From the NCBI RefSeq assembly GCF_036365525.1, contig NC_090376.1:92299914-92363913 (forward strand): 64,000 bases of DNA, written 5' to 3'. Below, one piece after another: positions 1 through 13,449 of the stretch. The stretch's first letter is position 1. Every line of letters starts with the position of its first letter. A program made the translations under genes and the position numbers. Source of the stretch: Heterodontus francisci. Its lineage: Eukaryota. The notes under the pieces were generated by a model that had not been told where the DNA came from, did not search any database, and saw only the letters and a program-made list of their open reading frames with translations.

Positions 1-215
1 GCTATTAGGGAGGGAGTTCCAGGATTTTGACCCAGTGACAGTGAAGGAACGGCGATATAGTTCCAAGTCAGGATGGTGTGTAATTTGGAGGGGAACTTGC
101 AGGTGGTGATGTTTCCATGCATCAGCTGTCCTTGTACTTCTAGGTGGTAGAGGTCGCGGTTTGGAAGGCATTGTCCAAGGAGGCTTGGCGAGTGGCTGCA
201 GTGCATCTTATAGAT
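1..215 (-). mobile_element. Fragment of poly(A)-tailed CR1/L2-group LINE (called family B here), 3' part of ORF2
   Basis: Reverse complement matches the 3' regions of the copies at 11760-11980, 30770-30980 and 59985-60200. Confidence 0.85.
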
Positions 216-3200
216 CACAGAATCACAGAAGGAGGCCATTCAGCCCATCATGTCCGCACAGGCTCACAAAGAGCAATTCACTCAGTTCCATTCCCCTGCC
301 TTCTCCCTTAACCCTGCACATTCCTCCTTTTCATAAAACAGTCTAATTCCCTTTTGAATGCTTCAATTGAACCTGGTTCTACCACACTCTTAGGCAGTGC
401 ATTCCAGACCTCTGCATGAAAAGGTTTTTCCTCATGTCACTTTTGCTTTTCTTACCAAATACTTTCAATCTGTGCCTTCTCATTCTTGATCCTTTCATGA
501 GTGGGAGCAGTTTCTCTGTTTACTCTGTCCAGACCCCTCATGATTTTGAATACCTCTATCAAATCACCTCTCAGCCTTCTCGTCTCCAAGGAAAACAGTC
601 CTAACTTCTCCAGTCTATCTTCATAACTGAAGTTCTTCATCCCTGGAACCATTCTCATGAATCTTTCTTTTCTGTACTCTCTCCAGTGCCCTCATGTCTT
701 TCCCAAAGTGAGGTGCCCAGAACTGGATGCAGTACTCTAGCTGAGGCTGAACTAGTCTCTTGTACAAGTTCAACATAACTTCCTTGCTCTTGTATTCTAT
801 CCCCTATTAATAAAGTCCAGGATACTGTATGCTTTATTAACTGCTATCTAAACCTGTCCTGCCACCTTCAATGACTTATGCACATATACACCCTGGTTCC
901 TCTGCTCCTGCACCCGCATTAGAATTGTAGCCTATAATTTATATTGTCTCTCCATGTTCGTCCTATCAAAATGAATCACATCACATTTCTCTGCACTGAA
1001 TTTCATCTGCCATATGTCTGTCCATTCCACCAACTTGTCTATGTACTTTTGGAGTTCTACACTATCCTCCTCGCAGTTCATAATGCTTCCAGGTTTCGTA
1101 ACATCTGCAAACTTTGAAATTGTGCCCTGTACACCAAGGTCTAGGTCATTAATATATATCAGAAAAAGCAAGGGTCCCAACACTGATCCCCGGGGAACTC
1201 CAATACAAACCTTCCTCCAGCCTGAAAAACATTGATTAACCATTTCTCTTTGTTACCATCTCTTTTATTCCATGAGCTGTACGTTTGCTCACAAGTCTGT
1301 TTTGTGGCACTGTATCAGATGCCTTTTTAAAGTCCATGTACACCAAATCAACAGCATTGCCCTCATCAACCCTCTCTGTTACCTTCTCAAAAACTGCAGC
1401 AAATTAGGTAAACATGATTTTGGCTTAAGAAATCCATGCTGGTTTTCCTTCATTAACCCGCATTTGTCCAAGTGACTATTAATTTTGTCCAGAATTATTT
1501 TTTCTGGAGGTTTCCCACCACCGAAGTTAAACTGACTGGCCTGTAGTTGCTGAGCTTATCTTTGCTCCCTTTTTACATAGAAACGTGGAAAATAGGAGCA
1601 GGAGTAGGCCACTCGGCCCTTCAAGCCTGCTGTGCCATTCATTATGATCATGGCTGATCACCCAACTCAATAATATGGGCCCGCTTTCCCCCCATATCCT
1701 TTGATCCCTTTCGAACCAAGAGCTACATCTAACTCCTTCTTGAAAACGTACAATGTTTTGGCCTCAACTGCTTTCTGTGGTAGCAAATTCCACAGGTTCA
1801 CCACTGTCTGGGTGAAGAAATTTCTCCTCATCTCAGTCCTGAAAGGTTTACCCCATATCCTTTGACTATGATCCCTGGTTCTGGACTCCCCCACCATCGG
1901 GAACATCCTTCCTGCATCTACCCTGTCAAGTCCTGTTAGAATTTTATAGGTTTCCATGAGATCCCCCCTCACTCTTCTGAACTCCAGCGAATATAATCCT
2001 AACCAACTCAATCTGTCCTCATACATCAGTCCCGCCATCCAAGGAATCAGTCTGGTAAACCTTTGCTGCACTCCCTCTACAGCGAGAACATCTTTCCTCA
2101 GATAAGGAGACCAAAATTGCGCACAATATTCCAGGTGTGGCCTCACCAAGGCCCTGTATAATTGCAGCAAGACATCCCTGCTCCTGTACTCGAATCCTCT
2201 CGCTATGAAGGCCAACATACCATTTGCCTTTTTTACCACCTGTTGCACCTGCATGCTTACCTTCAGCGACTGGTGTACGAGAACACCCAGGTCTCACTGC
2301 ATATTCCCCTCTCTCGGTTTATAGCCGTTCAGATAATAATTTGCCTTCCTGTTTTTGCTACCAAAGTGGATAACCTCACTTTTATCCACATTATACTGCA
2401 TCTGCCATGCATTTGCCCACTCATTTAACTTGTCCACATCACCATAAAGCCTCTCTGCATCCTCCTCACAACTCACCCGCCCACCCAGTTTTGTGTCATC
2501 TGCAAATTTGGAGATATTACATTTAGTTCCCTCATCTAAATCATTAATATATATTGTGAATAGCTGGGGTCCTAGCACCGATCCCTGAGGTACCCCACTA
2601 GTCGCTGCCTGCCATTCGGAAAAAGACCCGTTTATTCCTCTTCTTTGTTTCCTGTCCGCCAACCAATTTTCTATCCATTGCAATACACTACCCCCAATCC
2701 CATGCACTTTAATTTTACACACAAATCTCTTGTGTGGGACTTTGTTGAAAGCCTTCTGAAAGTCCAAATAAACCATATCCATTGGCTGCCCCTCATCAAC
2801 TCTACTAGTTACATCCTCAAAGAATTCTAGTAGATTTGTCAAGCATGATTTCCCTTTCATAAATCCATGCTGACTCTGTGCAATTCTGCCACTGTTCTCC
2901 AAGTACTCTGCTATAAAATGTTTGATAATGGACTCTAGAATTTTCCCCACTACCAACGTCAGGCTGACTGGTCTATAATTCCCTTTTTTCTCTCTACCTC
3001 CCTTTTTAAATAGTGGGGTTACATTAGCTACCCTCCAATTTGTAGGAACTAGTCCAAAGTCTGTAGAATCTTGGAAGGTGACCACCAATGCATCCACTAT
3101 TTCTAGGGCCATTTCCTTAAGTACTCTGGGATGTAGATTATCAGGCCCTGGGGATTTATCGGCCTTCAATCCCATCAATTTCCCCAACACCATTTCTCTA

Positions 3201-4500
3201 CTAATACTGAATTCCTTCCGTTCCTCCCTCTCACTAAACCCTGTGTTCCCCAACATTTCTGGTATGATATTTGTGTCCTCCTTTGTGAAGACAGAACCAA
3301 AGTATTCATTTAGTTGGTCAGCCATTTCTTTGTTCCCCATAATAAATTCCCCTGTTTCTGACTGTAAGGAACCTACATTTGTCTTCACCAATCTTTTTCT
3401 CTTCACATACCTATAGAAACCTTTACAGTCAGTTTTTATGTTCCCCGCAAGCTTGCTCTCATACTCTATTTTCCCCTTCTTAATCAATCCCTTGGTCCTC
3501 CTTTGCTGAATTCTAAACTGCTCCCAATCCTCAGGTCTGTTGTTTTTTTCTGGCGAATTTGTATGCCTCTTTCTTGGATTTAATGCTATCTCTAGTTTCC
3601 CTTGTAAGCTATGGTTTGGCTACCTTTCCTGTTTTACTTTTACGCCAGACAGGAAGAAACAATTGTTGCAGTTCATCCATGCGTTCTTGGAATGTTTGCC
3701 ATTGCCTATCCACCGTCATCCCTTTAAGTAATGTTTCCCAATCCATCACAGGCCAACCCGCGCCTCATACTTTCGTAGTTTCCTTTTTTAAGATTCAGGA
3801 CCCTAGTCTCAGAATCCACTTCATCACTCTCCATCTTGATGAAGAATTCTATCATATTATGGTCACTCATCCCCAAGGGGTCTCGCACAACTAGATTGTC
3901 AATTATTCCTCTCTCATTACACAATACCCAGTCTAGGATGGCCTGTTGTCTAGTTGGTTCCTCAACATATTGGTCCAGAAAACCATCCCGTATACACTCC
4001 ATGAATTCCTCCTCTACGGTATTATGACTAATGGTGACTTATGAGCAAGGGTGTAACGTTTTCAATTCTCCAGTCCTCTGGCACTACCTCCGAATCTAAG
4101 GAAGATTGAAAACTTATGGCCAGTGCTGCTGCAATTTCCACCCTCACTTCCCTCAGTATCCTTAGATGCATCTCATCCGGTCCTGGTGTTCTTTCCACTT
4201 TAAGTACAGACAGCAATCTAATACATCCTCTTTAAACCCTTCTAGTTCTGAATTACCTCCTCTTTCACCATTGCCTGGGTTGCATCTTCTGCCTTGGTAA
4301 GGACAGATGCAAAGTATTCATTTAAAATCTCAGCAATGCCCCCTTCCTCCATGTGTAAATCCCCTTTCTGGTCCCTAATTGGTCCCACTCCTCCTTTTAG
4401 CACCCTTTTACTGTTTATATGTCTATAGAAAACTTTGGGATTGCCTTTAATACTAGCTGCCAGTCTCTCTTCATGCTCTGTCTTTGCTTCTCACACTTCG
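216..4500 (-). mobile_element. Decayed 5'-truncated CR1 LINE (216-1575 and 4041-4500), split by a younger CR1
   Basis: CR1 3' tail at 216; ORF2 fragments FSYEDRLEKLGLFSLE, GVPRGSVLGPLLFLIYIND..KFAD; sequence resumes at 4041 (PEDWRIENVTPL). Confidence 0.85.
1576..4040 (-). mobile_element. Younger 5'-truncated CR1 LINE with long RT-containing ORF2 fragments
   Basis: ORFs 2294-3487 (NYRPVSLT, GVPQGSVLGPQLF, KFADDTKL) and 1667-2254; 3' tail acatagaaac...ggagcaggagtaggcc at 1576. Confidence 0.93.
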
Positions 4501-4975
4501 CTACACACTGCTGCCACTGTGCGCCATTGATGGGGGAGTAAATAAGGTGGTGGATAGGGTGCCAATAAGCGGGCTGCTTTGTCCTGGATGGTGTCGAGCT
4601 TCTTGAGTGATGTAGGAGCTGCACTCATCCAGGCAAGTGGAGAGTATTCCATTGCACTCCTGACTTGTGCCTTGTAGATGGTGGGCAGGCATTGAGGAGT
4701 CAGGAGGTGAGTTACTCGCCACGGAATTCCCAGCCTCTGACCTGCTTTTGTAGCCATGGTTTTCATATAGCTGGTCCAGTTAAGTTTCTGGCCCATGGTA
4801 ACACCCAGGATGTCAATGTTCGGCGATTCAGCGATTGGTAATGCCGTTGAATTTCCAGGAGAGATGGTTAGATTCTCTCTTGTTTGAGATGGTCATTGCC
4901 TGGCACTTATGTGGTGCAAATATTACTTGTCACTTACCAGTCCAAGCCTGAATATTGTCCAGGTCTTGCTGCAGG
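4500..4975 (-). mobile_element. Family B LINE fragment
   Basis: GQRLGI..VTHLLTPQCLPTIYKAQVRSAMEYSPLAW, shared with the other family B copies. Confidence 0.85.
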
Positions 4976-5004
4976 TTAACTGATTCCAGTTAACTTTGTT
5001 GAAC

Positions 5005-5140
5005 AAAGATGTCGAGGAAGAGAGGAGGGATAATGTACCATGGTTGCAGTTAAAGAAGTTGTTATTTGTGACTTTGACTAAGGTGGTCTCAATGCTGTGA
5101 AAAAGGTGGAATCTGGGCTGAAGGGATTTGAACAGGGAGT
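5005..5140 (-). mobile_element. Old L2-like RT fragment
   Basis: Minus strand reads HSIETTLVKVTNN...LSLLFLD, a degenerate form of the HSTETAL..VTND...LD RT segment. Confidence 0.55.
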
Positions 5141-8100
5141 GTGATATAGCATAAAATTATTAGATTTTGCCAGCTTCTGTACTTTTCTAAGTTTTGTTAT
5201 AGGCATTGACATCTGTCTTTCTGTGCCTGTTGAAGTGTTTCTTTCTTGTATAGAGTCTGCCTGCTGCTTTTCTACTTTGGTTCTACATTCCGTCTAGTTT
5301 CTCTTGCCATTTTTTGCACCTTCTTGAAATTCTTTATCAGTTTATACTTTTTTTCATTTTCTTCCTGCATCCTCGCATCTTTCACTTCCATCTTCAATCT
5401 ATTCCTTTCTTTTATCAATTTCCTCTGTTTTGTTTATTTGTGACTATGACTAGGTTTGTGCATAGCTGTTCAATGTTCTCAAGTTAAGCCACTACTTCAG
5501 AATGATTCTCTTTTTCTGCATCAAAATCCAGATAGTATAAATTCTATTTCATCCATGGAGTTTGGATCTCTTTCCAGATCTAAAACTGATAATTAAAACA
5601 ATGTTTTATGCTATGGAATATTTTTCACCATCTTATACATCTATTTGGTTGTTTCTTAAAACTATTTGAATAAAAGCTTGGACACAAATTTCAAAAGCTT
5701 CATTCAGGTAAAATAATTTTTTTTTTTAAAAGAATGGGTGTTTTGGGTTATAGTTAAGAGAAAAAGCAAGAAAACATGACAGATATGCAGTTACACACCT
5801 GTTGTAATTTTAGTTGGTATTGAATTTAAAAAATACACAATTTCAGAAAGCATATTAAGCTGAGAGGCAGAACTCACTGCCTTTCTTTATGATAATTTGA
5901 GAAGCTTTCTTTGACAATATTGGCCTTTGAAGGAAAACTTTAAAATCTCTATTTATCAATTGTTTTGTTGGTTGATAGTCAGTAATTATAAAGTTTATTT
6001 TTTCTTATTATTGAGATGGAGAAAAAAATGAGAAAGACAGACAGACTCAGGCAAAAGCCCCCACCAAATTTAATGTTTGCAAATATAATTTAGAAAGTAT
6101 AAACCTGTACTGCCAGACCTGAGATGTTTCCGCCCATACACATTGCTGTTGGGGCCATGCCTTTCCCCCTATTTGCACATGCCATCCCAATTTTGCCAAA
6201 TCATTATAATGCCAGACCAAAGCATCTCTGTCAATCCCAACAACCATAGCAACCTCATCACAGTGTTATAAAAATACATGGGACCTTCCCACCCCCAACC
6301 CCAGTTTTGACAAAGCCCAGTACTCCCTTGTGAAGGAGGTCTTATGCTCTTCTTCAAATCTACAAAATCTGGATCCATCACAAGTGCTGCACAGAATCGC
6401 CTCCACTGCAGTTAAACACCACTTCCCCCTAATAACAATACACATGGTGAATAAGGACCAAATCAAGCCGTCTGGTAAATCAAGGCAAGAGGCAGGGGAT
6501 AAGTATAATAAATCTGTTACAATGTTTTACATACAGGCAATGAAAGGAAAATTGGATCTAAAGATTTCATCCAATAAAGTACATTAAACTTTTCATTGTA
6601 ACATACCAAGGTAATTTTCTGCACACCTTTAGTAATGATTATTGTAACAATTGGGCAATGTATAGCTGTAAACAAATTCTTGATTCATTTATTACCTTTG
6701 CTTCAGAAATGTTTTTGCAGTCCTTGGAAAGTTATTAACGTGTCCAAAAGCAACATAGAGGTGGAAAGTCCAACGTTTGATTTAGGGGAAAATAAGCTTG
6801 GGTCGCTGCTCTAATTAACTTCCAGTGGCCTGTATGTTTGTGAATATTGAGCAAAGACAGTATAGGGCTTGACAATGATACCGTCCAAAGTATAATAGTT
6901 TCAACATTTGTAGTCCAAACTTGGATGTGAAAAATGGTCAGTTGGGCAAGGTAAGAAGGCTACTTATCTCTGTGGAATTGCACTCTTGCATGAGTTGGGG
7001 CCTTCAAAAGAGATGAAAACTGATGGTTGGAAATCTTAAGATTTCTTATTGTAGGAAAGCTGCAGCACTTTTACAAACTACTTTTTGAAGATTTGGTACA
7101 CAATCATTTTGGCTTTTGTTCATTTATCAATAAAAACAGTACTGCCTTGATTGTTTTTACAACCCCAGATTGCTAGTGGATTCCTTGGTAATTGGATTAT
7201 TATATACTTATGATGCACATGAAGGTCTGAGATAACCAGGACTTACCATATGCCATCAGAGCATCATTCATGCTGTGAAGCCATTTAGATACGTGGCTGC
7301 TGCAGTTAGAGGTAATGTAAATAGTAGCTTGGTGACTTAACTGGGAAAGGATTTCAAGCATGAAGTAGCATTCCTTTTTTGGTATTGTGGTTTGTTGGTG
7401 TACAGCTGATAACTTTAAGGAGACGATTGTGAGATATATTTTTTGTCCTGGCTCATTGAATTCATCAGGCATTTAGCAACATTTATTCTAACGTCCAATG
7501 ACCCTTCCAAACTGATTACACCAAAGCTTAATGTTAATGATCTGAATTACTAACAGTTTAATTCCAAGTAACTGCTGTTTTGATCAACTAATGCAGCTTG
7601 CATTAATTTTTTTTGTGGAATGTCATTCAAGTTGAAATCCATTACAAATAATTTTGAATTGCATTTTGGCATTAACAAACAGGAACTATTGGATAAAATG
7701 TAAAAGCAGTCTTTGTACCCAACTACTCTGTGATGACTGTTTATGCAATACTGGATAAAGAAAATATAGAATTTAGAATACAGATCAGGGCGAAGTTGCT
7801 GACTGAACTTTATCTTTCCAGATGTGCACAATGTTGCTGGTGGTTGTGTTGTTTGTTTCTTGCTTTCTTGGAATATGTGATGACATCCAGTTTAACCTTT
7901 TTGTTTCATTAACAATGTACAGTAGCATACTGAAAAACCTGTTTTTCCCACAACATTGTATTCACTTGTTGAGACTATTTGCAGTCTGAAATTAGTAATT
8001 TCTTAAATAATTTAATTGAAATTGAGAGTTTTTCATATCTTAACCTTTAGTTTTCTGTTATTTGGTGAATTTGCCTTTGCTTGTTTATGCTTCACATACC

Positions 8101-8689
8101 AATGTATTGACCCAGTCTTCCAATTGTTTCTCAGTGTAACTATATTGGGCAGGAAAATCTACCAATTAAAAAAAGCATCTGAAGCAAGGAAATCATTCCA
8201 CTGTTTTTTTCCCAAAGTGTTTTGATCATTTTTTTCTTTCTCACAAACTCTAAAATGCAGGACTCAAAATTCTGCCATATCATAAAACATTACATTCTTC
8301 ATATATATTTAAATTTACCAGTAAAATTGTCTTTTATTCTTGATCTACCTTCATTAATATTTTTTCTCCGAGACCTTGGAAACACACAAAGGCTAAGGTT
8401 TAACTTGATATTTTTTCCAGAGCTATGACTCCGCTAGCAAAGTTCATTGCCAGACCTATGCCTGCCATTCCCAGAATGTCTCAAGTTTGTGCAGTGCGGA
8501 TAGGGTTGCCAGCCTCCAGGATTGTCTGGGAACCTCCCAGATTAGAGCATGGATCTCCTGGGCTCTGCTCCCAGCAGTATTGGAGATTTTCATACTTTGC
8601 CACCACAGTGACCCCACCTCCAGTCCACGATACTGCTGACTGCCACTCAGAATGCCTGCAGCTTGGTGACTTCACCTCACGCTATCCAC

Positions 8690-8940
8690 CACAGACACTC
8701 CGTCCAGGTGAAGCAGCGATTTACTTATACTTGTTTCAACTTAGCATACAGTAATCGCTGCTCACAATGCAGTCGCTGTACATTGGGGAGACCAAACACC
8801 GATTGGGTGACAGCTTTGCAGAACATCTCCGCTCAGTCCTCAAGCATGACTCCAAGCTTCCGGTTGTTTGCCATTTCAATTCACCACTCTGCTCTTTCCC
8901 ACATTTCTGCCTGCTGCAGCGTCCCAGTGAAGCTCAACGC
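8690..8940 (+). mobile_element. Penelope-like element fragment (GIY-YIG endonuclease)
   Basis: RFTYTCFNLAYSNRCSQC then, after a frameshift, LYIGETKHRLGDSFAEHLRSV...VVCHFN. Confidence 0.85.
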
Positions 8941-8942
8941 AA

Positions 8943-9212
8943 TGCCAGGCAAACCCTCCACCTGCTAAGACTGAGGTACACATTATTTCGCCACATGAAC
9001 AAAAACTTAAAATTACAAGCCCTGACTGGAAGGACATTTGCATGTTCATATCGCGTGTGCATGCTAGCTTGGGCGCGTCACATATCCGTAGGCGTGAACC
9101 ATATTAGAGTTAAGTTTAAGGTTTAAAAAATTTCATCTTTCTTTTTTAAACCAAAGAAAGCCTGTTTGTGCTCATTTCTTTGCCTTATAATTGGCAAGTT
9201 GTGAACAAGGAT
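8943..9212 (+). mobile_element. Internally deleted LTR fragment, same family as the solo LTR at 41716-42557
   Basis: Shares ccacctgc(t/c)aaga, ccctgactgga, ctgtttgtgctcatttctttgcctta and gtgaacaaggat with 41716-42557. Confidence 0.8.
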
Positions 9213-9214
9213 AC

Positions 9215-12118
9215 CCGGCAATGTGGAAATTTCCCAGGTATGTCCTGTGCACAAAAAACAGGACAAATCCAACCCAGACAATTACCGCCCTATTAGTCGA
9301 CTCCCTGCTCGAAAGCCGCACTGTGCGGCTTTCGAGCAGAGAGATCCATTATTGACATGATGTTCTGCCTTCGCCAGCTACAGGAGAGATGCCATGAACA
9401 ACAGATGCCCCTCTACGTTGCTTTCATAGATCTCACCAAAGCCTTAGACCTCGTCAGCAGATGTGGTCTCTTCAGACTACGAGCAATGATCGGATGTCCA
9501 CCAAAGCTACTAAGTATCATCACCTCATTCCATGACAATATGAAAGGCACAATTCAGCATAGCGGTGCCTCATCAGATCCCTTTCCTATGCTGAGTGGCA
9601 TTAAACAGGGCTGTGTTCTCACACATACACTGTTTAGGATCTTCTTCTCACTGCTGCTCTCACATGCGTTCAAGTCTTCAGAAGAAGGAATTTTCCTCCA
9701 CACAAGATCAGATGGAAGGTTGTTCAACCTTGCCCGTCTTTGAGTGAAGACCAAAGTACAGAAAGTCCTCGTCAGGGAACTCCTCTTTGCTGACGATGCT
9801 GCATTAACATCCCACACAGAAAGGTGTCTGCAGAAACTCATCGACAGGATTGCGGCTGCCTGCAACGAATTTGGGCTAACCATCAGCTTCAAGAAAACGA
9901 ACATCATGGGACAGGACATCAGAAATGCTCCATCCATCAATATCGGCAACCACGCTCTGGAAGTGGTTTAAGAGTTCACCTACCTCGGCTCAACTATCAC
10001 CAATAACCTGTCTCTAGATGCAGAAATCAACAAGCGCATGGGAAAGGTGTCCGCTGCGATGTCCAAACTGGCCAAGAGAGTGTGGGAAAATGACGCACTG
10101 ACATGGAACACAAAAGACCGAGTGTTTCAAGCCTGTGTCCTCAGTACCTTGTTCTACGGCATCGAGGCCTGGACAACGTATGTCAACCAAGAGTGATGTC
10201 TGAACTCATTCCATCTTCGCTGCCTCCGGAGAATCCTTGGCATCAGGTGGCAGGACCGTATCTCCAACACAGAAGTCCTTGAGGCGGCCAACAGCCCCAG
10301 CATATACACCCTACTGAGCCAGCGACGCTCGAGATGGCTTGGCCATGTGAGCCGCATGGAAGATGGCAGGATCCCCAAGGACGCATTGTACAGCGAGCTC
10401 GTCACTGGTATCAGACCCACCGGCCGTCCATGTCTCTGCTTTAAAGACGTCTGTAAACGTGACATGAAGTCCTGTGACATTGACCACAAGTCGTGGGAGT
10501 CAGTTGCCAGTGATCGCCAGAACTGGCGGACAGCCATAAAGGCGGGGCTAAAGAGTGGCTAGTCGAAGAGATTTAGCAGTTGGCAGGAAAAGAGACAGAA
10601 ATGCAAGGAGAGAGCCAACTGTGTAACAGCCCCTACAACCAATTTTATCTGAAGTGCCTGTGGAAGAGTCTGTCACTCCAGAATTGGCCTTTATAGCCCC
10701 TCCAGGCGCTGCTCCACACACCACTGACCACCTCTCGGCTCTTACCCATTGTCTCTCGAGACAAGGAGGCCAAAGAAGAAGAGGTCTACTCCCAATCATC
10801 AGCAAAGTGCTGGAAGGGGTTGTCTACAGTGTGGCACTTGCTCAGCAATAACCTGCTCACTAATGCTCAGTTTGGGTTCTGCCAAGGCCACTCACCTCCT
10901 GACCTCATTACAGCCATGGTCCAAACATGGACAAAAGAGCTGAACTCCAGAGGTGAGCTGAGAGTGACTGCCCTTGACATCAAGGCAGCATTTGACCGAG
11001 TATGGCATCAAGGAGTCCTAGTAAAACTAGAATCAATGAGAATCAGGGGGAAAACACTCCGCTGGTTGGAGTCATACCTACCTTGTTGGAGATCAAGCAT
11101 CTCGGTCCCAGGACATCACTGCAGGAGTTTCTTAGGGTAGTGTCCTAGGCCCAACCATCTTCAGCTGCGTCATCAGTGATGTTACCTCCATCAAGGTCAG
11201 AAGTGGGGATGTTTGCTAATGATTGCACAATGTTCAGCACCATTCACGACTCCTGGGATACTGAAGCATCCCATGTCCATATGCAGCAAGACCTGAACAA
11301 CATCCAGGCTTGAGTTGATAAGTGGCAAATAACGTTCGCTCCACACAAGTGCCAGGCAATGACCATCTCAAACGAGAGAATCTAACCATCTCCCCTTGAT
11401 TTTCAATGGCATTACCATTGCTAAATCCCCCACTATCAACATCCTGGGGTCATCATTGACTAGAAACTGAACTGGACCAGCCACATAAATGCTGTGGTTA
11501 CAAGAGCAGGTCAGAGGTTGAGAATTCTATGGCAGGTAACTCACCTCCTGTCTCCCCAGTGCCTGTCCATCATCTACAAAGCACTGTCAGGAGTGTGTTG
11601 GAATATTGTCCACTTGCCTGGATGGGTGTTGCTCCAACAACACTCAAGCAGCTCAAAAACATCCCGGACAAAGCAGCCCGCTTGATTGGCATCCCATGAA
11701 CCTCCTTAAACATTTACTCCCTCCATCACAGATGCACAGTTGCAGCATCTACAGTGTGTACCATCTTCAAGATGCACTGCAGCAACTTGCCAATGCTCCT
11801 TCGACAGCACCTTCAAAACCTGTGACGTCTACCACCTAGAAGAACAAGGGCAGCAGATGCATGTGAACACAACCACCTACAAGTTCCCCTCCAAGACACA
11901 CACCATCCTGACTTGGAACTATATCCCCATTCCTTCACTGTCGCTGGGTCAAGACCCTGAACTCCCTTCCTAACAGCACTTTTGGTGTACGTACACCCCA
12001 AGGACTGCAGCGGTTCAAGAAGGCAGGTCACCACCAATTCTCGAGGGCGATTAAGGATGGGCAATAAATGCTGTCCTAGCCTGTGACGCCCACATATTCC
12101 GAATGAAGAAAAAGAAAA
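9215..12118 (+). mobile_element. Family B LINE (RT region to 3' tail), interrupted by an RTE at 9306-10783
   Basis: NYRPIS before the RTE; ALDIKAAFDRVWH and GSVLGPTIF after it; AATAAA and A-rich tail near 12063-12118. Confidence 0.85.
9306..10783 (+). mobile_element. 5'-truncated RTE-clade LINE with (AAG)n tail and ~10-bp TSD
   Basis: RQLQERCHEQQMPLYVAFIDLTKA, GIKQGCVL, RELLFADDAAL, RMEDGRIPKDALY; flanks gtcgactccc (9296-9305) and gtctactccc (10784-10793). Confidence 0.92.
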
Positions 12119-12164
12119 TGTATGTCTGTGAGCACATCCTGTCAACTTTTCCGTTATAAATTGG

Positions 12165-12272
12165 ACATGGGGATTTGGAGGGAAAGTGGAATTGAAGTTG
12201 ATGATCAGCCTTGATATTGAATGGTGGAGCAGGCTTAAGGGGCTGTATGGCCTACTCCTGCTCCTATTTCTT
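12165..12272 (+). mobile_element. CR1 3' tail fragment
   Basis: gaatggtggagcaggcttaaggggctgtatggcctactcctgctcctattt matches the CR1 tails elsewhere in the window. Confidence 0.75.
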
Positions 12273-13261
12273 GTGTTGTTAACACGCATTTATAATGTGT
12301 ACTGCCTCTGTAAGTTGGTCACATTGTAATTAAACTTTCTGTCTATGGAGGCACTGCAGGAAGCAAATTTATTAATGTATCTATTTGCCTTGAGTTAGAA
12401 CGATATTATTTATTTTCCATGAACCAATAAAAAAGAACTTTGTAATGTTAGGGAGCTCTCTTACAAACTTCTTTGCAAATTCTTTTATTGGAATGTCCAT
12501 TGCACCCTTGAACAGCGTAATTTCTACAATGGGCATGCCATGGAGTATGTTGTTCTCTCTGTCAATGCTTTGTTTCGGCTTTTAACTTCTGAAGGGATTT
12601 TACGGTGCACCTTGGCTAATGGAAGAGTTGTGCTGCTTGTTTTGATGTTGGATCACAGTGAGTGAGCTCCAATATTGCAAAAGACTTGGGTTGTTCTGTG
12701 GCCTTGTTTAAAATTCTGCACCAAGATCAGAAATTTGTGCATTTTTATGGCAGCCTATCATTCAGTTCGCAGAAGTTCCAGTACATTGATGCATAGAGTC
12801 ATTTTTTGCTATTTTCACAGATCCAAAGAAGTTTATACAACTGATTTGCTGATGGGTATTCCTGTTAAGGAGCAGCACTCATTGGAGTGTTGGTTGAGAA
12901 ATCGTGGGTCTGCAGCCTCTGAATCTTCTGACAATTAATTGGGCTAAAAGGAAAATTAGGGGCTGAGGGTCAGCAATTTGCTGAGTAGTGCTCCCTTGTG
13001 AGTGCATTCATCTTTGGAAGCACCTGACTTGGGACTGAGCCCTGTGCTTCTAGATAATTTTTTGTGATGAATGATCAGTGATAAAGCAGTAGCTTTGCTT
13101 GTGAGGTCAGAGACCACAAAAGTGGTGGTTATGGTCTGCACCTCTAACAGTAGCGTCAATACAAAGTAAGTAGACAGAGGCCTGAATGCTCACATTTGAC
13201 CTATAGAGGCCAGTGAATTCATTTTGCTGCTTTTCATATATATGGATGTTCCCAGCCATTG

Positions 13262-13445
13262 AGGAATGCTATCAACCACACGGCCAATCTTTGTGTCGTC
13301 TGCAAACTTCTTGATCAAGCCCCCAGCATTTACGTCCAATTCATTAATATATAGCACAAAAAGCAGGGGACCCAATACTGAGCCCTGCGGAACCCACTGG
13401 AAACAGCTCTCCAGTCGCAAAAACACCCGTCAACAATTACCAATT
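13262..13445 (-). mobile_element. CR1 RT fragment
   Basis: VPQGSVLGPLLFVLYINELD...KFADDTKIG. Confidence 0.85.
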
Positions 13446-13449
13446 ACCC

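Noticed and set aside
2294-3487. Intact reverse transcriptase gene (397 aa)
   Set aside because: It is a fragment of a 5'-truncated, frameshifted CR1 ORF2 and not an autonomous or domesticated gene.
12811-12850. Possible upstream ARHGAP42 exon (attttcacag|ATCCAA, starting IQ)
   Set aside because: It reads IQRSLYN then stop, with no similarity to the expected LEKFRKEQIGAAK segment; that exon is probably upstream of the window.
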